DNA of 64,000 nucleotides from an uncultured Candidatus Saccharibacteria bacterium (lineage in GTDB: Bacteria; Patescibacteriota; Saccharimonadia; Saccharimonadales; Saccharimonadaceae). The notes beneath the pieces were generated by a model that was given only the letters and a program-made list of their open reading frames with translations, was not told the origin of the DNA and did no database searches. A program made the position numbers and the translations under genes. The stretch is from assembly GCA_963522845.1 (NCBI GenBank), contig CAUQYZ010000003.1, positions 5,914 to 69,913 of the forward strand. Reading direction: 5' to 3'. Positions 1-10,769 of the stretch are shown piece by piece. Numbering within the stretch: the stretch's first letter is position 1; each line of letters opens with the position of its first letter.

Positions 1-908
1 GTGACGATGCTCCGGCAGTACTTCCCGGCTACCGGAGTGTCGCTGTCACATACCCGCTTTGCTTTCCGGAACTGTTGGAAACGACTCACTAAATAATCGT
101 CGCCGCTATTCAGGATCCGGCTAATGATTTCATCCTCGCTGTAACGGTAAAAGTCGCTTGGCTGGAGTAGCCCTTGCTTAACCGTCCGTTTGAGAGCGTC
201 GGCGATGAACTGCATAGTTAACTTGTGACGATTCTCGACCCAGCACGGCCACAGCTGGGAGATGGTGGCGATATACTCTTCGGCTACCGGCAGGTGCTGA
301 AAACCCAGTTCGTCAGCCCCCTCTTCATTTTGTAGTATGATGACGTCGTCGTAAGTGTGTTTGATCTGATCTATCTCCCAGACACGGTTAAGCACCAGTC
401 CGGCTGAGTAGGAATATTCGAAACGGTCAGCCGAAAGCTTCGGCGTATCGTTATCGGCGATAGGATAAAGCTTATAATCATCGACCTGGTCCAGCTTGAT
501 GTGGTCGCGCTTGAGTAGATGCATGATCTCGGGAGAATCATTGATCATCTGCGAGGTCTCGACTTCGGTCGCCTCTTGCTTCAGATAATCACCTCGAAAG
601 AAATCGATGCAGTGCTTGAAAGTCGGTGTAGCGATGTCATGGAATAGCCCAGCTAGAGTTTGCTTACGATCCCTAGTGTAGTGCCAGACAATCAGCGCCA
701 CGCCTATGCTGTGAGCAAGGTTGGAGTACCAATACTTATTGTGGTAGAGATCGGTATGGTCTGACCCCCAGTTCATGCCGGTTCCTTCTAGGCGCCTCAT
801 GGCTGGAGTGTCGATGTATTCGGCTAGCCAATCGGGGAATTCGGGGCTAAGCACCTGGTAATACGCTTTAACCTCATCGTTCAAACCCTTGATATAGTCA
901 CTTGTCAT
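1..908 (-). CDS. HD-domain phosphohydrolase (3' end runs off the window)
   Basis: Read manually from ATG at 908 after SD GAGGAGG: MTSDYIKGLNDEVKAYY...HSIGVALIVWHY...AGLFHDIAT, containing the H...HD motif. Confidence 0.85.
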   Translation of the reverse strand, partial: MTSDYIKGLNDEVKAYYQVLSPEFPDWLAEYIDTPAMRRLEGTGMNWGSDHTDLYHNKYWYSNLAHSIGVALIVWHYTRDRKQTLAGLFHDIATPTFKHCIDFFRGDYLKQEATEVETSQMINDSPEIMHLLKRDHIKLDQVDDYKLYPIADNDTPKLSADRFEYSYSAGLVLNRVWEIDQIKHTYDDVIILQNEEGADELGFQHLPVAEEYIATISQLWPCWVENRHKLTMQFIADALKRTVKQGLLQPSDFYRYSEDEIISRILNSGDDYLVSRFQQFRKAKRVCDSDTPVAGKYCRSIV

Positions 909-1003
909 TATTCCCTCCTCTAGTGTGGTTATATTATAGCGCAGCCATAAAGATCGGGCTGACTAGCGGAATCATCGTTGAGAGATTTTTGTCTATCAGG
1001 GGG

Positions 1004-1483
1004 CTATGCGTTATGCTCAAACTTATCTAAGAAGTCTCGCAAGCGATCCAGGATGATATACTCCTTCTTCATCGGTTCGCTTGACTCTAGTAGCTTCCGA
1101 GCTTTATCGAATTCCAGCCATTCGACGCCATCGTGCTCAGCGTCATGCTTGCCGGTGTTCTCCAGTGGGATTATGGCGAAATAGTGAGTAGTCTTATTGA
1201 GGTGGATGCCGTCTTTCATGAAATCATCGGTGAAAGCACCCAGGTAACCCTTTATCTCAGCTCGTATGCCCGACTCTTCCAGTGCCTCTCGTCGAGCGTC
1301 GTCCTCCAGCGTCTCGTCGTGGTGTAAAGTGCCTTTCGGCAGATGATAGTGCCGTCCATCCGGCCGATTGCGGTAGAGTACTACCACCTCTAGCTGCCCT
1401 TGCTGATGACGGTAGATTGCCCCACCCGCCGAGATATGATAAGGCCAAATCTCGGTGTGACGATATTCTGCTGAGTGCATCAT
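1004..1483 (-). CDS. NUDIX hydrolase
   Basis: Nudix box LPKGTLHHDETLEDDARREALEESG; SD AAGGAGG. Confidence 0.92.
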   Translation of the reverse strand: MMHSAEYRHTEIWPYHISAGGAIYRHQQGQLEVVVLYRNRPDGRHYHLPKGTLHHDETLEDDARREALEESGIRAEIKGYLGAFTDDFMKDGIHLNKTTHYFAIIPLENTGKHDAEHDGVEWLEFDKARKLLESSEPMKKEYIILDRLRDFLDKFEHNA

Positions 1484-1593
1484 ATTAACCCTCCTTTGTT
1501 TACTGCTAATCCAAAGCTTCTGCTTACTTCCTCTGATACTTCGTTTGGTGTCATGTCGGATGTGTCTATCACGGTTGCATTAAATGCCACCAT
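1480..1593 (-). pseudogene. Possible remnant of the C-terminus of a P-loop nucleoside-monophosphate kinase
   Basis: 37-aa frame MVAFNATVIDTSDMTPNEVSEEV... resembles the IDTS.x.EEV tail of CMK/TMK-like kinases; in-frame stop just upstream; ATGA overlap with the NUDIX start. Confidence 0.3.
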
Positions 1594-1659
1594 GGCGCCC
1601 AGTCTATGTCATGCTTACATATTTTATACTACAGGTATAGCGCCACGCATGTCTAGAGA

Positions 1660-2655
1660 TTAGGTTTCATGATGTGGCGGTACTTCGGCCAGTACTTGCC
1701 TGATCTCATCGGTGGAGGCGCAGGTGTAGAGGCGGGCTCGTAGATCGCTAGCCCCGGCGAAGCCATTGACATATATCTTAAAGAAGTGCTTGAGTGAGTC
1801 GAAATTGCGGACTAGCTCGGGTCGCTCGGCGGGCATGATCTGGCGATATCTATCATACTGGTCTAAGTGATAGCGGAATAGATCAAGCAGTTCGGACCGG
1901 CTGTGCGGTCCGCCGGAGCGGTCAAAGCAAAACGGATTAGCGAAGACGCCTCGTCCGATCATGTAGCCATCTACGCCGGGATACTGATGATAGAGCGCAG
2001 TGATCCGGGCATAGTCGGCGATATCGCCGTTGATAACCAGCCTGGTCTGTGGCGATAGCTGGTCTCGCAAGCTGACCAGCTCGGAGATCAGCTCGTAGTG
2101 GGCCGGGACTTTGCTCATCTCCTTGCGGGTGCGTAGATGGACTGTTAGGCAGGCTAGCCCTCGGCTAAGCAAAAAGGTAATCCAATCCCGGTACTCCGCT
2201 ACTCTCGTTCGCCCCAGCCTGGTCTTAACCGATACCGGTAGTCCGCCCTCCTTAGTGGCGGCGATAATCTGCTGAGCCAACCGGCAATTACCGATCATAC
2301 CCGAGCCGGCACCGATCTTAACTACATCCTTAGCGGGGCAACCCATATTAATGTCTATCCCGTCAAAACCCTGCTCTCTGAGAGCATGACTCATGGTGGC
2401 GAAGTGAGCGGGCTCGGTTCCCCAGATCTGAGCCACGATGGGTGCTTCGCCGGCGTCGTGTGTCAGGCGACCGATGGTGGAGAAATTGCCTTGCTCGCTA
2501 CAAAAGCTGGCGGTATTGGTAAACTCGGTCACGAATACGTCGGGGCGAGCCGCCCGAGCGACGACATGACGAAAGACGATGTCGGTCACATCTTCCATCG
2601 GAGCAAGCACGCTGAAGGGTGACGGCAACTTAGCCCAGAAGTTAGTCGTGTTCAA
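1660..2655 (-). CDS. dus: tRNA-dihydrouridine synthase
   Basis: LAPMEDVTD, IDINMGCP, VSVKTRLG, VINGDI and MIGRG motifs. Confidence 0.95.
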   Translation of the reverse strand: MNTTNFWAKLPSPFSVLAPMEDVTDIVFRHVVARAARPDVFVTEFTNTASFCSEQGNFSTIGRLTHDAGEAPIVAQIWGTEPAHFATMSHALREQGFDGIDINMGCPAKDVVKIGAGSGMIGNCRLAQQIIAATKEGGLPVSVKTRLGRTRVAEYRDWITFLLSRGLACLTVHLRTRKEMSKVPAHYELISELVSLRDQLSPQTRLVINGDIADYARITALYHQYPGVDGYMIGRGVFANPFCFDRSGGPHSRSELLDLFRYHLDQYDRYRQIMPAERPELVRNFDSLKHFFKIYVNGFAGASDLRARLYTCASTDEIRQVLAEVPPHHET

Positions 2656-5600
2656 TTAGCCACCTTTCGAACTGTTTAGTACCGGTCAGCGACCGGGCGA
2701 ACTGGCTGACATCCGGGAAGTCGAGGCTAACGATTCTCCTATAGACCGCTTGAACCAGCTTGGTGAATTCGGCCATGTCGGCTAGTCGACCGTAGTCAAA
2801 TACCGGAGCGATCAATTGTCCGGTCTTAGGGTCCGGTACGACGAATTCGATTACCCCTTCGATGGCTTGCCAGTCATGATACTGATTCGAACTTTCGAAG
2901 AGCAACTTGTAAAACATTAGCTGGTTAGCATAGGCGTGGATGCTATCTTTATTGATCGAGCTAAAACTAGGGAAAAACTTGCCGGTCTTGTAATCGGTGA
3001 TGATAGCTTGGCGTTTGTGGCTATCTAATTCAACGGCGTCCAGCTTGCCGTTTAGCCTGACGCCGTCAGAGATAGTCGCCTCCAGTCTGAGCTCGGCTCG
3101 CTGGTTGGGGCGAAAACTCTCGGAGCGTTTTTCATAGTAGGCGTCTATTATCGCCCGACCTTTGGCTGACCATTTCCAGGCAGTGGCTTCGTCTAGACTG
3201 GTGGTATGGAAGCTAGTCTGAAAGACTTGATAGGTCTGCTCGATCGGTGGCAGCTTGCCGGGGTGGTCTTCGCTGCCGGCGTAGTTGTGTAGGCTCTGCA
3301 TGACGGCGTGGATGGCGGTACCGAATAGCTGATTAACAGTCTGAACTCCGGGTAGGCGCAGAAGCCGGTCGAGTAAGAACCGCTCGGGGCCACCATAAGT
3401 CAGGTCGGTAAAGGCGTTCAGGTCGCTGGCTGACAAGGAGTAGCTGTTCAATCGGTCGGCTAGGAGCGACTTTCGGTCGAGACTACTGTCTAAGAGGAAG
3501 CTAAAAGCACTAGTGGCTAGCTCCTTAGTCGCTTCAGGCGTATCCGGCTCATCTAGGCTGGTCGCCGGGATGTAGTCCAGGGCGTATTCCAGCTGATTCA
3601 GCTCCTTACTGCCCCGGCTGGAGTGTGATGATAGATGAAGCTGGCGCATGGCTCTGGTGATGGCGACGAAGAATAGACGGCGCTTTTCGTCGTCGGTAGT
3701 GCCGACATTATCAAGGGGTAGATTAGGTGGTAGCTTGATCATGGCATTTTTCTCTCTGCACTTACTTCCCCACTCCTCACTCTCGGCGTCTATCAGGTAG
3801 ACGGTGTCGAATTCCAACCCTTTGGCTTTGTGGGCGGTCATTAGCTGGACACCTTCGGCAGTACCGTAAGTGGTGATCGAGCTGAGGCTCTCGTTAAGCG
3901 CCTGATATCTGTCGGCAAATTTCAGCAGGTCGCTCAGAGTATTTTTGCGGTCAGGCCGGTACTGCTCCAGAGTTTGACTCAGGGTGGTATAGTCGCTGAG
4001 AAAGTTTAAGTAGGCTAGGCTGTCTTGATCCAGCTTGTCTGCTCCAAAATAGTACCGGTAAATCGGCGAGCGATATTTTTTCTCAGCCAAAGATACCGGG
4101 TCGTCCGGTCGGCTTGCCCCCCAATCGTCTTCGTCGTTCGGCAGTCCGGTAATTCCCATCAGCTCGGCACACATTACTTCTAAGGGGCTATCTAATGAGC
4201 GTTGCGCCTGCTCTTTGAGCCAGCTGATTAGGTGGGGATGGCGCTTAGCGATAGCCTTAAACCAATTGCCCCACTGTGCCTCGGTGTCCAGGCTGATCTG
4301 ATAAAACTCTTCCCCGCTGATACCGAAAGCTGGGCTGGCAATAATATGCGGCAGATAAGCATTGGCGTCGGTGACATTATTGTGAGCGATGCAGACTACC
4401 GCTCGGGCTAAGTTAAGCAGCAGCTTGATCAGCTCGGAATCAAAGACGTTCTGCTGATGCTGATAGGTAAAGGGAATATCAAGAGCGGTCAGAAAGTCGG
4501 TCAGCTGAACCAGACTCTTGTGGCGACGAGCGATGACGGCGATCTGGGCCGGCTTCGCCCCCTGATCAATTGCTTGTTTGATTCTGCCGGCAACATGGCT
4601 AAATTCGCCGGCTTGGCTGGTAGCAACCGTCCAATCAATCCGGCACTTGTAGTCGCTATGGTGAGCCACCAGTTGCTTAGGCGTGCCGTCGGCATTAGTT
4701 AGGCGCTCGGTGATATCGCCGGCTACTTGCTCTGCCAGCTCGATGATGGCGGTGCCGCTACGATAATTAGTCTGCAGGTTGACCTGGCGCAGCTTGGGGT
4801 AACGACGAGTAAAGGTCTGAATATTGCCGATGTCTGCCCCCTGGAAGCGATAGATAGCTTGGTCGTCGTCGCCCACCACCATCAGATTGGGCTGATCATC
4901 ATAGTCAGTCAGTAGATGAAGTAAGCGCATCTGCGCTTCATTGGTATCCTGAAATTCGTCGACCATGACATATTGATACTGCTCCTGCAGGGTGGCTTTT
5001 AGGCCGGGGTGTTCGGTGATTGCTTGAATCACCCTGAGAATCATATCGTTAAAGTCGTACAGCTGGCGTTCGTCCATTTTAGCTAAGTATTGACGATAGA
5101 CGTCCAGGGCAAGCTTAAGCTTACGACAATGCTCGGTGATCTTTAGTGTCTTAGTGTCGTTGTCGCTATTGCCGACCCAGCGATTCTTGAAGGCGGTGAT
5201 CGGCTTGGTACTGCCGTTGTCACTAGCCGTAGTGTAAGCCTCCGCTAAGTCATTAGCCATGATTTGAGCTAAGGTCGGGGTAATAGCCTGGGCTAGTGGC
5301 GGGGTCTGTGCGGCGAGTCGGCGCAGCTTGATCAGTAGGTCATCACACTTAGAAATAGTTTTCTTGCTGATACCCTTAGTAAATACTTCGTTGATGGTGG
5401 GCTCTATATCGGTGCTAAAGCTCAGATCTTGATCAACCAGCTCTTCCAGCTGGTCGGGGTTCAGCCCCGAGTTCTTAAAGTCGCTGATGAGCTTCTGTAT
5501 AGTCTTTAGGTAGATTGGTTGACCGCTAGGGTTGAGTGTGGCTAGGGGGTTGTCGTAGCTGAGCCCGGCTATGATTTCAGTCAGAATCTCGGCCTGGGTC

Positions 5601-5962
5601 AGCTGATCGGCCGGCTGATAATTGGCGCCGCTGTAAAAATACTCGCCGAAGCGCCCGATAATCGCCGAGCCGAAGCTATGAAAAGTTTGGATCTCTACCT
5701 GATAAGCTGTCGAGCCGATGATCTGAGCCAGGCGCTTCACCATATTAGCCGAGCCGGAGTCGGTGAAGGTCAAGCAGAGGATGTTTGACGGGTCGGCATC
5801 CGTCTGATGTAGGATATTGGCTGCCCGCATGGCGAGAAGCTCAGTCTTGCCGGTGCCCGGTCCGGCTACCACCATCAAGGGGCCACTGATGATATCGACA
5901 GCTTGCCGTTGCTGGGCATTTAATCCATTAAGACGCCTACTAAACTCAGCTTCATAATCCAT
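2642..5962 (-). CDS. UvrD/PcrA-family SF1A helicase with C-terminal PD-(D/E)XK nuclease (AddA-like)
   Basis: AGPGTGKT, VDEFQD, VGDDDQAIYRFQGA, MTAHKAKGLEF, FVAITRA; C-terminal GKLDAVE...ITDYKTG...QLMFY. Confidence 0.93.
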   Translation of the reverse strand: MDYEAEFSRRLNGLNAQQRQAVDIISGPLMVVAGPGTGKTELLAMRAANILHQTDADPSNILCLTFTDSGSANMVKRLAQIIGSTAYQVEIQTFHSFGSAIIGRFGEYFYSGANYQPADQLTQAEILTEIIAGLSYDNPLATLNPSGQPIYLKTIQKLISDFKNSGLNPDQLEELVDQDLSFSTDIEPTINEVFTKGISKKTISKCDDLLIKLRRLAAQTPPLAQAITPTLAQIMANDLAEAYTTASDNGSTKPITAFKNRWVGNSDNDTKTLKITEHCRKLKLALDVYRQYLAKMDERQLYDFNDMILRVIQAITEHPGLKATLQEQYQYVMVDEFQDTNEAQMRLLHLLTDYDDQPNLMVVGDDDQAIYRFQGADIGNIQTFTRRYPKLRQVNLQTNYRSGTAIIELAEQVAGDITERLTNADGTPKQLVAHHSDYKCRIDWTVATSQAGEFSHVAGRIKQAIDQGAKPAQIAVIARRHKSLVQLTDFLTALDIPFTYQHQQNVFDSELIKLLLNLARAVVCIAHNNVTDANAYLPHIIASPAFGISGEEFYQISLDTEAQWGNWFKAIAKRHPHLISWLKEQAQRSLDSPLEVMCAELMGITGLPNDEDDWGASRPDDPVSLAEKKYRSPIYRYYFGADKLDQDSLAYLNFLSDYTTLSQTLEQYRPDRKNTLSDLLKFADRYQALNESLSSITTYGTAEGVQLMTAHKAKGLEFDTVYLIDAESEEWGSKCREKNAMIKLPPNLPLDNVGTTDDEKRRLFFVAITRAMRQLHLSSHSSRGSKELNQLEYALDYIPATSLDEPDTPEATKELATSAFSFLLDSSLDRKSLLADRLNSYSLSASDLNAFTDLTYGGPERFLLDRLLRLPGVQTVNQLFGTAIHAVMQSLHNYAGSEDHPGKLPPIEQTYQVFQTSFHTTSLDEATAWKWSAKGRAIIDAYYEKRSESFRPNQRAELRLEATISDGVRLNGKLDAVELDSHKRQAIITDYKTGKFFPSFSSINKDSIHAYANQLMFYKLLFESSNQYHDWQAIEGVIEFVVPDPKTGQLIAPVFDYGRLADMAEFTKLVQAVYRRIVSLDFPDVSQFARSLTGTKQFERWLIEHD

Positions 5963-6111
5963 GACTATATTCTACCCTATCTTCATTGAGATGAGCCCTA
6001 TAACACGTATTTTTGTCTTATAAATGCTAGCCGCCAGCCAGCTTGGTCTATCCAATAAGAATGGCCGCCATATAACACAAGCCGTTGTACGCAAAGAAGA
6101 TAAAATGGTGG

Positions 6112-6633
6112 CTACGTATGCAGGCGCTGATAGCTAAATCTAGCCAGCTCGGGAGCGATATCTTCATAACTCTTGCCGGCCAGCAAACCGCCGGCGATGA
6201 AGTCTTCTTGAGTAACATCTGCCAAGATAAAGTCGGGCGGAGTAAACGACGCCTTGGCGTCAAGCGAATCAAATTCGAAATCAATTAGCACTAGCCCGGC
6301 TAACTTACCGGTAAAAACGTCAAGCTCGGCTTTACTACCGTCAATCTGCATCTTATACCGATCCTTAGCAACTCTCTTTTGGCTAGCTATAGCAAGCGCC
6401 TCGAATTCATCTTTGCTCAGGCTAATGGTCTGCTCTACCTGAGCCGAGGCGTCGCCATCCTTGATGGGCGTCTTCTTGGTTATCTCGCAATGGTCATCTT
6501 GCCGACGTAAACGCAAATGAGCATGACCCGGGGTGTCAGGAATGTAGATATCCAGCAGATGGCTGGGTGATACACCGGCAACCTCTTTCGGTATTGATTT
6601 AACCAGGTAAGTTAGCTCTAGTTCAGTTTCCAC
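6112..6633 (-). CDS. CYTH-like (triphosphate tunnel) domain protein
   Basis: N-terminal ETELELTYL (ExE.K-like), LRLR, ELDVF, FEF; GTG start at 6633 follows SD CGGAGG (ORF track start 6732 likely too long). Confidence 0.75.
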   Translation of the reverse strand: METELELTYLVKSIPKEVAGVSPSHLLDIYIPDTPGHAHLRLRRQDDHCEITKKTPIKDGDASAQVEQTISLSKDEFEALAIASQKRVAKDRYKMQIDGSKAELDVFTGKLAGLVLIDFEFDSLDAKASFTPPDFILADVTQEDFIAGGLLAGKSYEDIAPELARFSYQRLHT

Positions 6634-6845
6634 GTAATAGTCCTCCGTTATTTTGTTGGATGTAGTTACATACTTTTCTAAATCCAGCGATATATTTATT
6701 GGCTTTATCGCATGACCCTGCCTAATCTCCATGCAAAATGAGTAGTGCTATGCTTGTGGTATCATGAAAGACCAAACAGACAGCACTACCCATAACCATA
6801 ATAACATCATATGTCAGCGCCGGATATGTTAAAATTACGGTAGTT

Positions 6846-7334
6846 ATGAACGATCAGCTGTACGATGAAGTTAGCTTAGAACGCCGTATCTATGAGGAGT
6901 TCAAGCTGGATACTAAGATTCAGTCGATCATCGTCCGACAGATACCGGCCGGTCGTAGTGCTGTGGCGACTGTCTTTCTGAGTGAAAAGCACCAGCTATA
7001 CTGCTTCATTGATTCGCCGATGCGTCTGACTTTGCGAGACGCTCGTAAGATCGTTAGTCGGATGGGTCTAAAAGCGCTGAAGTACCTGCCACCTCATGAC
7101 GACGAAGCGTATTTCGATACCGTCGCTAGAGACAAGTTCAACGCTATGTTTCCGGGTAGAATGGTAGTGACCAGCGAAGACCTCTTCTACTACAAGACGA
7201 TGGCACCCTACTGCCCCGCTCTGGTACAAATAGGAGAAGTGACCTGTGGTGTGATCAAGCAGTACGACCCCACGGCGGTGGGTAGCTGGCGACCTAGCGT
7301 TAAGTTTAGCTATCGGCGCTTGCAGACCAGCTAG
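6846..7334 (+). CDS. Hypothetical protein
   Basis: 162-aa ORF; TAAAAT 10 nt upstream of ATG; convergent stop overlap with next gene. Confidence 0.75.
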   Translation: MNDQLYDEVSLERRIYEEFKLDTKIQSIIVRQIPAGRSAVATVFLSEKHQLYCFIDSPMRLTLRDARKIVSRMGLKALKYLPPHDDEAYFDTVARDKFNAMFPGRMVVTSEDLFYYKTMAPYCPALVQIGEVTCGVIKQYDPTAVGSWRPSVKFSYRRLQTS

Positions 7335-8047
7335 GTGCTTTTCTTCTTATTTGATTTACCGCCGGATTTTGGTGCAGTCTTGGCGGTTTTCTTAGCCTTG
7401 CCGATCTTCGGCTTAGCAGATTCCGTTCCTGTTTGGCCGGTCGGCTTGGCATCGTGTTCCGCTTGGCTGGTAGTATCTGCTTGCGGCTTAGGATCTTCAT
7501 CTTCATCGCAGCCAGCCGAGATGCGATTGAGCCATCGCTCTGTATGGCGGTGCTTGGCAATGCGTAGTCCGACTACCCCGATAATTATGGGCACGATACC
7601 GGTTGCGGCGATACTGCCGGAGGCAAAGATAGTCTGGCGGAGCGTCTTTTTGCCCGAGTTCTGGTGGTCGGGCAGATAGGCATTATTAGCGGGGTGATTC
7701 GGGTCGTATTTGATCTTGACTGACTGTCCATTGTGGAGGCGACATTTATCGGTGGTCGGTTCGCCACGATAGCCTAGGATGGCGGTGTACTCGTCACTTT
7801 TGATCCGAAAGCGATAATCTACCTGGCAAGCCTGGTTATTGCGACCACGTTCGTCGTTACCGATGCCGGTTATCTTATTTATGCTGATTACTCGGGCGGT
7901 TGTCTCCTTGGTGCGTCTGGTCGAGGCTTGGTACTGCCAGATGGTGACGACGGATAGCAGCAAGGTAGCTAGCCCGATCAAGATCAAGATCTGGCAAGCG
8001 GGACGAAACATTATCCCGATGAGACGACGGCTGGTGCTGTGCGTCAC
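7331..8047 (-). CDS. Two-TM membrane protein with extracellular beta domain (DUF3592-like) and Lys-rich tail
   Basis: TM, then CQVDYRF...IKYDPNHP, then TM. Confidence 0.7.
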   Translation of the reverse strand: MTHSTSRRLIGIMFRPACQILILIGLATLLLSVVTIWQYQASTRRTKETTARVISINKITGIGNDERGRNNQACQVDYRFRIKSDEYTAILGYRGEPTTDKCRLHNGQSVKIKYDPNHPANNAYLPDHQNSGKKTLRQTIFASGSIAATGIVPIIIGVVGLRIAKHRHTERWLNRISAGCDEDEDPKPQADTTSQAEHDAKPTGQTGTESAKPKIGKAKKTAKTAPKSGGKSNKKKST

Positions 8048-8050
8048 GGA

Positions 8051-8677
8051 CTAATCCCTCTCTGACTTCGCTTTCTGCTTGCGAGTGGCTCGCTGGTCCT
8101 CCTCTAGAGCATCCTCTTCAATCTCGAGAGCTCGATGGATAGCGACCAGTCCAACGAAGCCGATACCTAACGGTAAAGCACTAATGATAGCTGTGGCAAT
8201 AGCGATGAAGAGTAGCCACTCTTCATCTTTTTGATTATCACCATAGGAGTTGTTAGCCGGGTTGAGCTTATCGTAGCGAATGGTGGCTTGCTTGACCTGA
8301 CTGACTTCACGGTACTTGCCCGGCTGTGATTGCCCTGCTGTCTCGTCAGTAGTCTTGATGTAGCAGCCGGCGTAATTGATAGCCGGTTGCCAGCCGGTCT
8401 TGCTGCTGTACTCTTTGTCGCCAAGCTTGAAATCGTACTTTACTCGACAGCTCTCATTACCGTAGCGGTCAGTCGTGCGCCTCACCCCTCGGATGGTTGC
8501 CTTGGTGGTGGTGGTACGCTTAGTGTAGGCGACGTAGTCGTCGGCGATGGTAAGAGCCTGGTATAGCCCAAAGACACCGACGACTACTAGCGTGACGCAG
8601 ATAATGCGGTAGATGGTTCGGGCGACGATGCTCGTGCGAACGTGTTGTTGTAGCTTCTTCTTTCTTCCCCTTGTCAT
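8051..8677 (-). CDS. DUF3592-like membrane protein, tandem paralog of 7331-8047
   Basis: TM, then CRVKYDF...IRYDKLNPANN, then TM. Confidence 0.7.
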   Translation of the reverse strand: MTRGRKKKLQQHVRTSIVARTIYRIICVTLVVVGVFGLYQALTIADDYVAYTKRTTTTKATIRGVRRTTDRYGNESCRVKYDFKLGDKEYSSKTGWQPAINYAGCYIKTTDETAGQSQPGKYREVSQVKQATIRYDKLNPANNSYGDNQKDEEWLLFIAIATAIISALPLGIGFVGLVAIHRALEIEEDALEEDQRATRKQKAKSERD

Positions 8678-8750
8678 AATAGTCTGATTCTACCACGCCA
8701 GGCGGTTTATAGCTATCGCCTCGGCTAAGTTTTATGTTGGTGAGCTCGCC

Positions 8751-10769
8751 CTACTCTGCCCTGAGGTCGCTGGCGGGTGAGCGATGGGTGTTGCTGATGA
8801 TGGGCTGGATGCTGGCGATCAGCGCCACTACGATGATGCTGAGGTTGACGAGTGCCAGCTGAGCCAACGTCGATTTGTCGATGACAAATAGCTTGATCTG
8901 CGATGACCCGCCGATGATGCTGACTGACGACCGAGCGATGGCGGTAAGCTTCGGAGCGAAGACTTGGTCGATAGCGACAGATATGCCCGTACCGATAATC
9001 CCGGCGATGATGATGGTCAAGATAGCCAGCATCAGGGCGTACACCAGGTATATCAGGGTGATGTCTCGGCGCTTGGCACCGATAGCTCGATAGACGGCGG
9101 TCTCTTGCCGGCTCTCGGAGATAATTCGAGAGATGGTAGTCCAGATGATGATGATAGCCAGCCCGGCGATGATAGCAGCGACGATGGTGATGGTTTGCCT
9201 GAGCTGTCTTGCCAGCTCGTCAAGCACCAGGAAGTTGACGCCATATTGCTCCGCTACATAGGGCTTGCTACTATCGCTAGCCCTTTGCTCAGTCGTGGTT
9301 TGTTCGGTCATGAACCGATGAGCCTGCTGAGCAGTAGCGAACTCCAGTAGTCCGTAGGGAAATTGCTTGGCAAGCCGGTCGGGTAAGTCCAGAGTGTCAA
9401 GTATATCGGGTTTTTCGCCAACGATATTGTCAAGCTTCTGCTTGGTCGGCAGGCGGCTATAGAGATTGACCGGGATGAGCGCCATGTTATTGAAGAATGG
9501 ACGAGCAGCCAAGATTGACTTGCCGATACCGATAAGATCCTTGCCGTTGTCGTCCTGTGTGTTCGACTCGTTAGACACGCCCACAACTTGCATGGTGATG
9601 AGCTGGTGGTACGGCAAGATTGGCTCACCTTGGCGTTGTTTGAGTAGATTTTGCTTGTCTTGCTCTGCTTTCTGTTCGGCGGTGCGCTTATCGGCAATGA
9701 TGGCGATATCGCCACAAGGTGTGGTCGGTAGACGATAATATAGCCCCGCCCCATCGGTCGGTACCCAGGCGGTCTTCGATTTATTGGCACCACTACTATT
9801 AGAATCTTTGGAATCAGTACCGGCCAGCTCATTTCTCGCCTGCTGAATCTTAGTCAAGATGTCCTGCTCGACTTTATTGCGATGGCAGATCTGATAAGTG
9901 AAGCCGCTCGCTTTAGTCTTGATCTGTTTGAGCCAGTCTACCCTAGCCTGATCGTCAGCGGGTGGTTGCGGGCTGACACCAAGTCGGCCGGCGAATTTCT
10001 TAGCTAAGTGAGCGGCGGGGATGACTACCGGGACACCCTTGAGCCGACCATGATAAGTGATATATTTGTCCGTCAGTTTACCAGCGGCACCGGTGTAGTG
10101 AGCGGAGCTGATCGGGTTGTCGTCATAGATTAGTTTGCTATCTACCCAGTCTTTGAGCTCTTCCTTGCCATCTACGACCAGCTTGGTGTCGATGAATTTG
10201 TAGAATAAGTCACTATTGGGGCTGGGATAATAGCCGGTGGAGCCATACTTCTTGGCGGTGGCAATTAGATTGGCTGTCTTATTGGTGGCCGACTTAGCCC
10301 ACCGCTCATATTCTCGGCTAAATAGTTGCTTGGTGATACTGGAACTATGATCAATGGTGACTTGGTACTTGGTTGGCTCGCTCTTGTTGCTGAATTCGTC
10401 AAACTTAAGTGCCGGCGCATCTTCGCCGGGGTCATACTTTAGCCCTTGCGCCTGATATTGCTTACTCTTGGCAGCCCGATATTGGGTCTCGAAGCTTCTG
10501 ACCTCGTCGATGGTCCGGTGAGATGGATTGTTGAACTTGTCGGTAATCTTATTGAACGGGATGTTGGCGTTGATGGCGACCTGATAGCGCTTGCCGCCTA
10601 CCTCTTTTATGAAACGATCCAGGCTGGTGACGACTCCGTTAGCGATGACAATCGTGGCGATCAGCACACCGAAGAGCAACCCTGAGGTGATCAGCGACAG
10701 AATGGTCAGCCGGCGTTTGGTATGGAACTTTGCCTTGGCGAGGCGGATGGCGTTCAGAGTCTTGATCAT
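8751..10769 (-). CDS. ABC exporter permease (FtsX/MacB-type)
   Basis: One N-terminal TM, large extracellular domain, ESRQETAVYRAIGA motif, three C-terminal TMs. Confidence 0.88.
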   Translation of the reverse strand: MIKTLNAIRLAKAKFHTKRRLTILSLITSGLLFGVLIATIVIANGVVTSLDRFIKEVGGKRYQVAINANIPFNKITDKFNNPSHRTIDEVRSFETQYRAAKSKQYQAQGLKYDPGEDAPALKFDEFSNKSEPTKYQVTIDHSSSITKQLFSREYERWAKSATNKTANLIATAKKYGSTGYYPSPNSDLFYKFIDTKLVVDGKEELKDWVDSKLIYDDNPISSAHYTGAAGKLTDKYITYHGRLKGVPVVIPAAHLAKKFAGRLGVSPQPPADDQARVDWLKQIKTKASGFTYQICHRNKVEQDILTKIQQARNELAGTDSKDSNSSGANKSKTAWVPTDGAGLYYRLPTTPCGDIAIIADKRTAEQKAEQDKQNLLKQRQGEPILPYHQLITMQVVGVSNESNTQDDNGKDLIGIGKSILAARPFFNNMALIPVNLYSRLPTKQKLDNIVGEKPDILDTLDLPDRLAKQFPYGLLEFATAQQAHRFMTEQTTTEQRASDSSKPYVAEQYGVNFLVLDELARQLRQTITIVAAIIAGLAIIIIWTTISRIISESRQETAVYRAIGAKRRDITLIYLVYALMLAILTIIIAGIIGTGISVAIDQVFAPKLTAIARSSVSIIGGSSQIKLFVIDKSTLAQLALVNLSIIVVALIASIQPIISNTHRSPASDLRAE